Shown here: in pieces, positions 1-8,752 of the stretch
Numbering within the stretch: position 1 is the first letter of the stretch
Layout: every line of letters begins with the position of its first letter
Source of the DNA: Parasphingorhabdus sp.
GTDB taxonomy: Bacteria; Pseudomonadota; Alphaproteobacteria; Sphingomonadales; Sphingomonadaceae
Assembly (NCBI RefSeq): GCF_036963805.1
Contig: NZ_JBALUN010000009.1
Coordinates: 314-64,313 of the forward strand
DNA: 64,000 bases
Direction of reading: 5' to 3'
Program-made: the position numbers and the translations under genes
Notes under the pieces: generated by a model
The model's input: only the letters and a program-made list of their open reading frames with translations
Databases searched by the model: none
What the model was told of the DNA's origin: nothing

Positions 1-150
1 GCTTATACGGAGCGCGGCGGTGTCGGCACGGTTGCCGCTGCCGAGCGCGCGAAATGGATGATGGAAGAGGATGAACCATCCGAGCCGGAGCCGCAGGATG
101 CTGCCGAAACCGCGCCAGCTAAAGACGAGGAAGAGCGGATTGCGGCTTGA
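1..150 (+). CDS. C-terminal end of a ParB-family partition protein of conjugative elements (partial)
   Basis: Frame 1 reads AYTERGGVGTVAAAERAKW...ERIAA*, which resembles the C-terminus of sphingomonad ICE/plasmid ParB-like proteins as I recall it. Confidence 0.55.
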   Translation, partial: AYTERGGVGTVAAAERAKWMMEEDEPSEPEPQDAAETAPAKDEEERIAA

Positions 151-812
151 AACGTAAGCGGGCGGCTGTTGGTCGCCCGCTCCCAGATTACCGCAAAGCC
201 CCGTCCGGCAGAACCGGACGGGGCAGCGGCGCGGGTGCAGCCGCCATGCGGCGGAGCAGCACAGTAATTTTCTGTTGGGATAGCAATCGCCACCAACGAA
301 CAGGCTCGCAAAACCAGTGCGCTGCGAAGCGCCGATTGCCCGAAATTCCTGCGGCGGTCGTGGCGGTTTTTGACCGGTTGCCCGATTGGCTTTGTCCATC
401 ACCGAACTTGGGACAGCGCGCTTCCTGTAATCGTTAGCATCAGCATGGGGGATCATTCCGTTCAGCAAACAGATCGCGCCATCTGGGCCGCAGTCTATAA
501 ACCTGACATTGAACGCTCTCAGATATTCGCCAAATCTCCTTGGAACTATTAGCCAAAAGCACTCATTCACGTCCTCTTAAATGGCTTTGATTGGCAGGGG
601 ACGGCTGCGCCTCTTGCCCCTAGCTGCAACGGTGCAGCCCAAAGTTTCTTCCCCTGCGCTGGCGCGCATTCCTCGCGGAAACAAGAAACCCCGGTCTGCA
701 CCGTCCTCCACTTCGTTTCGGCCCTGCGGGTGCATCGGTTCAAGCCCCTGCCTGAAATCAGCCATCGAGGCCGCGAATGAGCGCGGGTTCGACCAAACCA
801 AGGAGAAGTATC

Positions 813-1136
813 ATGGCTAATATCGGAACATTCAAAAAGACAGGCAACGACTATCGCGGCGAAATCGTCACCGTGATGTTGCAGAAGAAGAACGTCACCA
901 TCGTTCCCGAAGATGCAAGTGAAAATGAAAACGCACCGACCCACCGGGTTTTTGTGGGCCGCGCAGAAATCGGAGCCGCCTGGACCAAGACCTCGAGCGA
1001 AGGCCGAGGCTATCTTTCGGTCAAGCTCGACGATCCCAGCTTCACCGCACCGATTTTCGCAAATCTGTTCGATGACGAAGATGGCAAGACCTATAATCTG
1101 ATCTGGTCACGCGCCCGTAAGGCCAGCGGCGAATAA
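813..1136 (+). CDS. DUF736 family protein (putative ssDNA-binding)
   Basis: MANIGTFKK...EIGAAW...YLSVKLDDPSFTAPIFANL...LIWSR; AGGAG RBS at 801-805. Confidence 0.92.
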   Translation: MANIGTFKKTGNDYRGEIVTVMLQKKNVTIVPEDASENENAPTHRVFVGRAEIGAAWTKTSSEGRGYLSVKLDDPSFTAPIFANLFDDEDGKTYNLIWSRARKASGE

Positions 1137-1149
1137 GCCTGCTGATTTC

Positions 1150-1183
1150 AGCCCCGCCCGAACCGTTCGGGCGGGGCTTTTTT
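1150..1183 (+). terminator. Rho-independent terminator
   Basis: 12-bp stem GCCCCGCCCGAA/TTCGGGCGGGGC followed by T6. Confidence 0.9.
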
Positions 1184-1188
1184 GCTGT

Positions 1189-1410
1189 TCAGTCGTTTGA
1201 CTTTGGTGTCCCAAATAACTCGACAAAAGCAACATCAAGCGCGATCGCGAGTTCCGAAACACGCACTATTGTCATATTCTGCAAACCGCGCTCGATGGCG
1301 CTGACATAGGCGCGATCAGCGCCGATCTTTTCTGCGAGAGCTTCCTGGCTCAATTGCCGTTCGCGGCGAAAGCGGCGGGTGTTAGCTCCCAAAATAATGC
1401 GAATGTCCAT
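1189..1410 (-). CDS. XRE-family HTH regulator (QseC-like by position)
   Basis: LSQEALAEKIGADRAYVSAIERGLQN HTH; divergent from the QseM-like gene. Confidence 0.85.
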   Translation of the reverse strand: MDIRIILGANTRRFRRERQLSQEALAEKIGADRAYVSAIERGLQNMTIVRVSELAIALDVAFVELFGTPKSND

Positions 1411-1446
1411 GGAATAGCTTGAAGACAATCGCGCATTTTCATGCTA

Positions 1447-1460
1447 CGTATTATAATACG
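1447..1460. promoter_or_regulatory. Perfect palindrome CGTATTATAATACG between divergent genes; contains TATAAT on both strands
   Basis: Read directly; a role as operator for the XRE protein is inference. Confidence 0.6.
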
Positions 1461-1576
1461 CGCAATGCGTGATTGCTTGCCGTCACAGCGGATTGCTATA
1501 TTGAACATGGCGGTTATTGATCTCACTGGAGTTGCATCCGAGGGTCAATTTTGGATTGGGGAACCGGATATCTGCG

Positions 1577-1834
1577 ATGGTTGAAAATGCATTTCAAACA
1601 TGCCCGCCAGCATCAGAAACGCTGACCGATTATGACGAGCAGCATCTGGTGACTTATCTAAGATTGCTCGACGCCGACAAGGAAGGTGCGGACTGGAAAG
1701 AGGTTGTTTCGGTCATTTTCGGGATTGACCCATCTGATAGCCCCGAGTTGTCAAAAGAGATGTTTGAGCAGCATCTGGCGCGGGCCATCTGGATTTCCCG
1801 TTCCGGATTTGCGCATTTGCTAAACAATGAGTGA
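1577..1834 (+). CDS. Single-domain DUF2285 protein, QseM-like antiactivator
   Basis: LTDYDEQHLVTYLRLLDA...GADWKE...FGIDP...HLARA.W...GF..L pattern. Confidence 0.8.
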   Translation: MVENAFQTCPPASETLTDYDEQHLVTYLRLLDADKEGADWKEVVSVIFGIDPSDSPELSKEMFEQHLARAIWISRSGFAHLLNNE

Positions 1835-2010
1835 ACATATCGCCTGATTTAGCGCAACGACGGGTGGTTCCCGTTACGGAATCTTAGTCAAACTTGATTT
1901 TTTGCCCGAATAGTGCAAGTAATTGCAGTCTTGTTTGAGAGAAAGTTGACCAAGGGCATTATAGCAAGGTCGCTCCCTTCTTCAGCTTTGGAAGCTATCC
2001 AAGGGGTTTC

Positions 2011-2751
2011 GTGATGGGAACTACCGAAGACTGGAGGTCACCAGATTATGGTGATCAGTTTAGTGGTTATGAGCGCCCCGATTTCGCGCAGGAATTCTTG
2101 CGGCGCAATCCTGCATATATCGCCAACTACATTCGAGCGGGTGATGACGAGCAAATCCTCAAGGAAGTAGCAACCCGTTGGGGGCTCTGTGTGCCCTTTG
2201 ATCCGAGCCTTAAAGCCAGTGAAGCGAAAGCGCTATGGGATGAAAGACTTCATCCACTCAGTCTGGAGGTTCACGGACCCGCGCTGGAACATGACAATGT
2301 CGTAGCCGAGCATCAAGGCAGCATCTTCAGAAATATCCTCCTTTCAGATAAGAATGGCGATCATTATGTGATTTGGAAAAAGACGGGCAGTGATGGCTAT
2401 CAGATCGTGATACCGATGTGCTGCGATACCACAGCCAAACTCAAAGCTGCTTACCGATATTGGCGTCACATAGAGGGCAGAAATGCCGGACCTTACCCAT
2501 CTCCATATCGGCTCACGGAACAGCAACGCAAACGTTTGACCGATGCTTTGCAACTGATCGATGCGCAAAAATCTGATGCGAGCAGGCGTTCGGTTGCCGA
2601 AATCCTCTATGATGAAAAAATATCCTTGCGCGAATGGTCCGATAGCAGCGAACGCGCGCATGTCCGCAGATTGCTCAAACGCGGCAAATATCTGTCCGAT
2701 GAAGGATATCGAAAACTTCTAAATCCGTTTCAACAGTCCGCTACCGCTTAG
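2011..2751 (+). CDS. DUF6499-DUF2285 transcriptional activator, FseA-like
   Basis: N-terminal AQEFLRRNPAY, then RWGL..FDP, C-terminal HTH ending GYRKLL. Confidence 0.8.
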   Translation: MMGTTEDWRSPDYGDQFSGYERPDFAQEFLRRNPAYIANYIRAGDDEQILKEVATRWGLCVPFDPSLKASEAKALWDERLHPLSLEVHGPALEHDNVVAEHQGSIFRNILLSDKNGDHYVIWKKTGSDGYQIVIPMCCDTTAKLKAAYRYWRHIEGRNAGPYPSPYRLTEQQRKRLTDALQLIDAQKSDASRRSVAEILYDEKISLREWSDSSERAHVRRLLKRGKYLSDEGYRKLLNPFQQSATA

Positions 2752-2858
2752 TATCCGCAGGGGGACGATTATCGACCCCGCAATAAACGTCCCTTCCTCG
2801 GACCTCTAACCCTTCGCCATTATCGCCTCTTGTTACCCAAGCTACGCAAGAGGCAATA

Positions 2859-3116
2859 ATGTCAGTCAATAATCCACCGCAGCGATATCTAACAACGCCG
2901 GAAGCAGCGCGCTTCCTCGCCCTTTCCGGCCGCACCCTTGAAAAGCACCGAACCTATGGAACCGGGCCGACTTACCGCAAGGTCGGAGGCCGCGTTATCT
3001 ATGCGCTGGAAGATCTGCAAAGCTGGGCGGATCGCGGAACGCGCAGTTCTACATCAGACCCCGGCATTGGCACTGTTCATCCCGCCAAGCGTCTGGAGGG
3101 CAAGGACGATGGCTGA
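2859..3116 (+). CDS. AlpA/HTH_17 excisionase, RdfS-like
   Basis: RYLTTPEAARFLALSGRTLEKHRTYGTGPTYRKVGGRVIY...STSDPG. Confidence 0.88.
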   Translation: MSVNNPPQRYLTTPEAARFLALSGRTLEKHRTYGTGPTYRKVGGRVIYALEDLQSWADRGTRSSTSDPGIGTVHPAKRLEGKDDG

Positions 3117-3588
3117 CGATCCCCATCCAATATCCGTGCAAGTTCGCCTCATCTGGATTGAAAAGCGCATCCAATATTGGCTTCGCTTTGGCGACCCATC
3201 CAGTGAGACCATCACCGACCGAAGACGCAAGACTGTGCAGTTTAAACAAGGCGATATCTTCGCATTGGTACGCTGGAAATCGAATGATTATGGCACGGTA
3301 TTCTCCGCGTTGGATATTTTGCAATGCGTGAGCGAGGACGGCGAGGCGCTTGATATTCGCTGCGTGAAGGGCAATGTGCGTTCGCTATTGCACCTCACCG
3401 CTTGGCACCGGGTCAAAAGGGTTTTTGAGCATATTGATGCGATAGAAGCGCTTGGCATTGCTGCAAAAGACGTTTGCCCAGATCATTGGAGCCATGTCCA
3501 ATCCCGTATTTCGAGCGGCGATAGCCCGCGTGATTATACCACCGTCAGGCACAAGGTCTGGACCGAGCGCAGGGAATATGAGGCATGA
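3109..3588 (+). CDS. DUF2840 protein
   Basis: LIWIEKRIQYWLRFG...FALVRWKSNDYGT...DVCPDHW; start overlaps the end of the RdfS-like gene. Confidence 0.88.
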   Translation: MADDPHPISVQVRLIWIEKRIQYWLRFGDPSSETITDRRRKTVQFKQGDIFALVRWKSNDYGTVFSALDILQCVSEDGEALDIRCVKGNVRSLLHLTAWHRVKRVFEHIDAIEALGIAAKDVCPDHWSHVQSRISSGDSPRDYTTVRHKVWTERREYEA

Positions 3589-4109
3589 AGATGCCCGCTC
3601 TCTTGCCACTTTCGCGAACTGCCAAATTGACATTTATCGCGCTCGTATTGGTTGGCGTAAGCAGTCTGTCGCTACCTAAAATTATGATCTGGAATGCCAG
3701 CGCAAGCATGGATGAGGGGCTATATATTGTCATCCCATCATCACATGTCAGGCGCGGTCATATTGCAGCCTATCAGCCACCTCCAATGCTTGCGGCGTGG
3801 ATGGAAAAGCGCGGCTATTTGCCCGAAGGCTTGCCGCTTTTGAAGTCAGTGGATTCAAAAAAGGGGAGTCTTTACTGCCGTAGTGGCAGCATAATTTCCT
3901 ACCGTGCCCAGCCAATTGCCATTGCCCAAAATCACGACCGCTTTGGTCGCGAAATGCCCATCTGGCAGGGCTGCCGGGTTGTAGGCGAAGATGAAATATT
4001 CCTGCTGTCACCGTCTGGTTCCAGCCTCGATAGCCGTTATTTCGGCCCACTGCCTGCATCCGGATTGTTGGGCCGTGCTTATCCTATTTGGACTTACCAA
4101 AGTGAGTAG
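3585..4109 (+). CDS. traF: S26-family conjugal peptidase TraF
   Basis: IWNASAS...GLY...PLLK...WQGCR...FLL...SLDSRYFGP. Confidence 0.88.
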   Translation: MKMPALLPLSRTAKLTFIALVLVGVSSLSLPKIMIWNASASMDEGLYIVIPSSHVRRGHIAAYQPPPMLAAWMEKRGYLPEGLPLLKSVDSKKGSLYCRSGSIISYRAQPIAIAQNHDRFGREMPIWQGCRVVGEDEIFLLSPSGSSLDSRYFGPLPASGLLGRAYPIWTYQSE

Positions 4110-4110
4110 G

Positions 4111-4827
4111 ATGAGTGTTCTTTTGTCATCCATCACGATTGGGTCGTTTGTTTTTGGCGTTCTCCAACCCACCTCTTTGCAAGCTCAAACCATTCCGGTT
4201 GCGCCAGCTAAGGCCGTTTCGAAGCAGGCTGGCCTGCAAGAAATCATCCGTGAAGCATCTGTCCGCTTTGCAATTCCAGAACGCTGGATTGTTGAAGTCA
4301 TTCGTGCTGAGAGCAATGGCAAGGTTGGTGCTGTTTCGCACAAAGGTGCACGCGGTTTGATGCAGATCATGCCAGCAACTTGGGGCGTTTTGCGCCGACG
4401 CTACAACCTCAAAAATGCACCCTATGCCCCGCGCGAAAACATCATGGCGGGAACCGCTTATCTGCGCGAAATGTATAATAAATTTGGATATCCCGGATGC
4501 CTTGCTGCCTATAACGCGGGGCCAGGTCGTTATTCCGCGTGGGTCTCCGGCAAGCGCAAACTCCCCCTCGAAACCATCAATTATGTCAACAAAATCACGT
4601 CGCGTATCGGACGCGGGTCATCATTTGCTGCTGCAAATTCTTCCTCCATTGCCAAGCCGAACGCTGTGCGGCCAGCACAGTCTGGCCTGTTTATCAGCAG
4701 GCCGGTAGCAGATGGGAAACAAGAAAATATAAGCGCCCTTGGCGCAAAAGGAGCACATCCGAAGGATGATCTTTTGCAGGGCCAAGGCCTTTTTGTTCCG
4801 GTCTCCGGCGCGTCAGCGCCAGAGTGA
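4111..4827 (+). CDS. Lytic transglycosylase (SLT)
   Basis: VIRAES...AVSHKGARGLMQIMPATW...AAYNAGPGRY. Confidence 0.92.
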   Translation: MSVLLSSITIGSFVFGVLQPTSLQAQTIPVAPAKAVSKQAGLQEIIREASVRFAIPERWIVEVIRAESNGKVGAVSHKGARGLMQIMPATWGVLRRRYNLKNAPYAPRENIMAGTAYLREMYNKFGYPGCLAAYNAGPGRYSAWVSGKRKLPLETINYVNKITSRIGRGSSFAAANSSSIAKPNAVRPAQSGLFISRPVADGKQENISALGAKGAHPKDDLLQGQGLFVPVSGASAPE

Positions 4828-5035
4828 TGGCAAATTTCTCAAAACAGACTCTGGCGAAGAAAAGCGTATGGTTTTCTGTATGCTGCATCAAAAAATTTGG
4901 AGGGCAAGATAAAAGGAGCGCCGTCGGCTGCTCTATGATGGTTGGTTTTCTGCGGGTTTTTGAGCGGCGCTCTCGCAAGGGGTGCGGCGGCTCCCTTGGA
5001 TATGTCAATGATATCAATGCTTTTGGAGACGGCGC
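4828..5035 (-). promoter_or_regulatory. Candidate oriT; nic-like TATCTTG^CCC on the bottom strand at 4911-4902
   Basis: Intergenic, directly upstream of the relaxase; one mismatch to the MOBP/RP4 nic TATCCTG^CCC. Confidence 0.65.
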
Positions 5036-6781
5036 ATGACCCTACGCGAAGATCGCTTCGAACCGCGTATAGGCAAATCACGCCGCGAAGCTCGGCAGCG
5101 ACCTGCCAGTTTTGTGGAACAGATTTTGCGCGCAGCAAATCGATCTGGCCGGAGCGTCGGACGGTCCCGTTTTAGCAAGACAGGCGGTAGCAGCTTTGGA
5201 CGGGGGTCAGCAGCGGCATTGGCTACCAGAAATACGGCCTTCGCCCGGCGCGTTGTCATCAAGACCCATATTGTTCGCCATTCCTCCGCTAGCGGCAATT
5301 CGCTTGGACGTCATATCAGTTATCTTCAACGCGATGGTGTTGGCCGCGACGGCGAAGACGCCAAGATGTTTGATCGCGCCGGAGATGAGGTTCGTTCCAA
5401 AGACTTTGCTGAGCGCTGTGCCGATGATCGCCATCATTTCCGCTTCATGGTATCACCGGAAGATGCAGTGCAACTGGAAGATATGCGCGCGCTCACCCGC
5501 GAGCTGATGAGTGACATGGAACGCGATCTTGGCACCAAACTCGATTGGCAAGCCGTCGATCATTGGAACACCGACAATCCGCATGTTCACATATTGGTGC
5601 GCGGCGTTGATGATACCGGCAAGGATCTTGTGATTTCCCGGGGCTATATCAGCCACGGCATGAGAGCACGGACCGAAGAACGCGTATCGCTGGAACTCGG
5701 GCCGCGAAGCGAGCTGGAAATCGAAGCTGATCTGAAACGACAAATCACAGCCGAGCGATGGACGAAGCTTGATCACGCGTTGACGCGGCGCGCATCGGTG
5801 GGCGAGGGCATTGCCGATTTGAGGCCCGGACAATTTCAACAGGATCAGAATTTCCAGAACGCATTGCGCGGACGCGCCCAGCATCTTGAAAAAATGGACT
5901 TGGCGACGAAGCATGGTCCGGCGCGTTGGTCCTTTGAACACCATATGGAAGACACGCTTCGCGATCTTGGAACACGCGGCGACATCATCAAAACCATGCA
6001 CAAGGCGATGAAGCGATCCGGTCGCCCGCCGGATGTGTCGCGCTTTGCTTTAACAGAGGCGCCGGGAAGGTCCGTCGTCGGAAAGTTTGTGGCGCGGGGA
6101 CTTCATGATGAATTGAAAGGCGAGGCCTTCGCGATTATCGACGGCGTTGACGGACGTAGTCATTATTTGCGTTTTGGCAATTTGGAAGTAACGGGTGACG
6201 CAGCATCTGGAGCCATGGTTGAACTGCGCAATTGGAAAGATGGGCAGGGGCGACGGGCGCGAACGCTTGCTGTTCGATCTGATTTTGATCTTGCATCGCA
6301 GGTCACTGCCGATGGCGCGACATGGATTGATCGGCAGCTTGTTGGAAAATCACAAGACAATCTAGGCGGCGGTTTTGGTCGGGAAGTTGCCGGTGCAATG
6401 GAGCGGCGGGTTGAATTTCTGACCGAGCAGGGGCTTGCGCAGAAACACGGCGGTAGGATCACGCTGGCGCGAAATTTAATTGCGACGCTTCGAGATCGAG
6501 AACTTGGCAAAACGGCTTCCAAGATTGAGCAAGAAACAGGCTCTAAATATCGACCAACCAAGCAGGGTGAATATTTGAGCGGGAAATATTCCAAGCGTCT
6601 GCAACTGGCATCAGGACGGTTCGCGATGATCGAAAGCGTCAGCGAAGGCGGCAAGAGTTTTGAATTGGTGCCCTGGCGGCCAGCGCTTGAGAAGCAATTG
6701 GGCAAGCCGGTTCAGGGGCAGATGATGCCGGGCGGGCGTGTGGATTGGTCAGCGGGGAGGCAGAAAGGACTCGGCCGTTAG
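5036..6781 (+). CDS. rlxS: VirD2-like MOBP relaxase with DUF3363
   Basis: RRVVIKTHIV, HISYLQRDGV, DRHHFRFMVSPED, AVDHWNTDNPHVHILVRG. Confidence 0.95.
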   Translation: MTLREDRFEPRIGKSRREARQRPASFVEQILRAANRSGRSVGRSRFSKTGGSSFGRGSAAALATRNTAFARRVVIKTHIVRHSSASGNSLGRHISYLQRDGVGRDGEDAKMFDRAGDEVRSKDFAERCADDRHHFRFMVSPEDAVQLEDMRALTRELMSDMERDLGTKLDWQAVDHWNTDNPHVHILVRGVDDTGKDLVISRGYISHGMRARTEERVSLELGPRSELEIEADLKRQITAERWTKLDHALTRRASVGEGIADLRPGQFQQDQNFQNALRGRAQHLEKMDLATKHGPARWSFEHHMEDTLRDLGTRGDIIKTMHKAMKRSGRPPDVSRFALTEAPGRSVVGKFVARGLHDELKGEAFAIIDGVDGRSHYLRFGNLEVTGDAASGAMVELRNWKDGQGRRARTLAVRSDFDLASQVTADGATWIDRQLVGKSQDNLGGGFGREVAGAMERRVEFLTEQGLAQKHGGRITLARNLIATLRDRELGKTASKIEQETGSKYRPTKQGEYLSGKYSKRLQLASGRFAMIESVSEGGKSFELVPWRPALEKQLGKPVQGQMMPGGRVDWSAGRQKGLGR

Positions 6782-6796
6782 TTTGACGATATTATG

Positions 6797-8095
6797 TCAT
6801 TCAAATTTGAGCCTGATCGTTCTGAGTACCCACTCCTTCAGATTTTTGGGAATATCAAGTTCATTTGCAACATCGCCCCATGTGGAAAATGCCTCTATGG
6901 TCTTTTCCAGTATCTGGTTTTCACGTCCACGCGGAAGGCCAGCATATTCGGCGAGATGTTTAAAGTCTTGGCGGACGAAATCTGACGTTTTCCCGTTGAT
7001 GCTTAGCTGATGAAATTTAGTGAAATTGCTGCCCTCTGAATGGCATAGATCATAGGCGGGCGACACATCCCATTGGCCTTTCCTGTCCATCATGAAGGCG
7101 AAGTTTTTGACATGATCGTCTTGGTTGCATCCCACCACATTAAAAATGGCGCGGCGGAATTGTTCTTCAATAGACGGTTTCGAAATGTTCAAACGCTTCA
7201 TGGCCATAAATATCTGTTCGTAGGAATAGGCGCCGCTTTCATAATAATCATAATGTGCCAATGCACCGAGCGTTTGAACAAAACTCTTACCGCCCATGTC
7301 ATCGCGGTCAAATCGCCGTGTCATAAAATGATTGCGACCATTTTCAGAGAAGATCTGGCTTTCCATCATGTCGATCCCGCATTTTTTAGCCATGAGATAA
7401 TAGCTATACTCAAGCAGGCCATAGCCCTTGGGATCGGCGACGCCCCAATCTCCGCTAAACTCGACGCCATCAAATTTTATGAGCCAATGTTCAAATCCAG
7501 CGGGTAGATTCAATTGCCCCGAACGCACCTGCTTGGTTTTTGGATTGAAGGCGATGACTGCTTTTGCGCGCGCGCCGCCTGCCGATGTGCCTACGCTCAA
7601 AATGTCGAATAGGGCATTCTCTCCGCCTGCTTCTGTTAGTTTCGTATCAAGTGCCTCCTTGTCGGCAAATGCCATTGATGCGAGTTCGGTAAGGTCTTTT
7701 ATCTCAAGCAGCTTGTCTTGGGTTGCCGACGGCTGTGCCGACGGCTCAAATTCCAATGCGCCCATACCTCTTTTGCCGGTGTAGCAGAGGCGATCGACGG
7801 CGTTGAAATCTTCGGCTTTCCGGCCCGTCTGAGCAAGCCAGATATTGATCAATCTTTGTCCATATTTATCGGGTAAGCTGTCGGCAACCAGACCAGGCAT
7901 TCCATGAAATGCTAGCGGATTGAGGTCTGGAAACTGATAAATATGCCGCGCTCTGACCGGCATCATTAAAGGAGCCGGCTCAACGCCCATTTCTGCAAAC
8001 TCAGGGTCATATTCAAAACGCGCAAATCTTTCATCGGCATCCATTGAAATATAGCCGATATCAGTTCCCCATAGTTTGACGGTGGCTGTAGTCAT
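6797..8095 (-). CDS. hipA: HipA-family Ser/Thr kinase toxin
   Basis: N-terminal coupling domain, SAGGARAK P-loop, NQDDHVKNFAF, SPAYDL. Confidence 0.93.
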   Translation of the reverse strand: MTTATVKLWGTDIGYISMDADERFARFEYDPEFAEMGVEPAPLMMPVRARHIYQFPDLNPLAFHGMPGLVADSLPDKYGQRLINIWLAQTGRKAEDFNAVDRLCYTGKRGMGALEFEPSAQPSATQDKLLEIKDLTELASMAFADKEALDTKLTEAGGENALFDILSVGTSAGGARAKAVIAFNPKTKQVRSGQLNLPAGFEHWLIKFDGVEFSGDWGVADPKGYGLLEYSYYLMAKKCGIDMMESQIFSENGRNHFMTRRFDRDDMGGKSFVQTLGALAHYDYYESGAYSYEQIFMAMKRLNISKPSIEEQFRRAIFNVVGCNQDDHVKNFAFMMDRKGQWDVSPAYDLCHSEGSNFTKFHQLSINGKTSDFVRQDFKHLAEYAGLPRGRENQILEKTIEAFSTWGDVANELDIPKNLKEWVLRTIRLKFE

Positions 8096-8427
8096 GTCTG
8101 CTCATCTCCCCAAATCGGCTTTTTCAGGTCGGATTTTTTCCTGATACGGCGTTTCCCTTTCGACAACGCCTCGGTTTTGGGAGAGTTGAATTTCTCTGGC
8201 AGTAATGAGTCGATATGTGCCGTCATGCGCAGTGACTTCATCAACTTAATCCAGGACTCTATTTGACTGGCTTTCCCGGTCTCTATTCGCCGGATTGTGG
8301 CAACCCCGATTCCGGCTTCTTCGGCTAGCTCGGCTTGCGAATATCCGAATTGCTTACGGATATGTGCGAGTCTGCGGCCCAACTCAGCCAATACCTCTTT
8401 CTCGGGAGTTAAATAGTCGATTTTCAT
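8092..8427 (-). CDS. XRE HTH antitoxin, HipB-like
   Basis: SQAELAEEAGIGVATIRRIETG; C-terminal WGDE; 4-nt overlap with hipA. Confidence 0.85.
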   Translation of the reverse strand: MKIDYLTPEKEVLAELGRRLAHIRKQFGYSQAELAEEAGIGVATIRRIETGKASQIESWIKLMKSLRMTAHIDSLLPEKFNSPKTEALSKGKRRIRKKSDLKKPIWGDEQT

Positions 8428-8428
8428 A

Positions 8429-8589
8429 ATATCACTCCTGATATGAAATTGATGTTTTAGCGCCTTTTAATATCATATGTGATATTAAGTATGTACGTCT
8501 CTAACATGAGATTCGCTAATTTTGCAACAACAATATCATATATGATCGATATTATGCTCTTTAAGGCCTAAAAATATCATAAATGATAT
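8429..8589. promoter_or_regulatory. Four ATATCA-N4-TGATAT operators upstream of hipBA
   Basis: 8429-8444, 8470-8485 and 8574-8589 are exact; 8533-8548 has two mismatches. Confidence 0.8.
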
Positions 8590-8752
8590 CAAAATATCTA
8601 GCTATCTTTGCAGAATATCTCATTCAAACAAAGTCAAATTTCGCTCCTGCCAGTTTTTCTGCGCCATGATGCGCCACCGCCGGATGCTCGACAAACAAAT
8701 CTTGTAAATGGCCAATTCGAGCCAGAAGGATACGGCTTTCTGGAGAATTTGC

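Noticed and set aside
370-944. ORFs 370-552 (+) and 567-944 (-)
   Set aside because: No motif or clear RBS; the region is better explained as structured non-coding DNA.
2938-3108. Long N-terminal extension of DUF2840 in the ORF track
   Set aside because: Overlaps the RdfS-like gene in another frame; similarity begins at the ATG at 3109.
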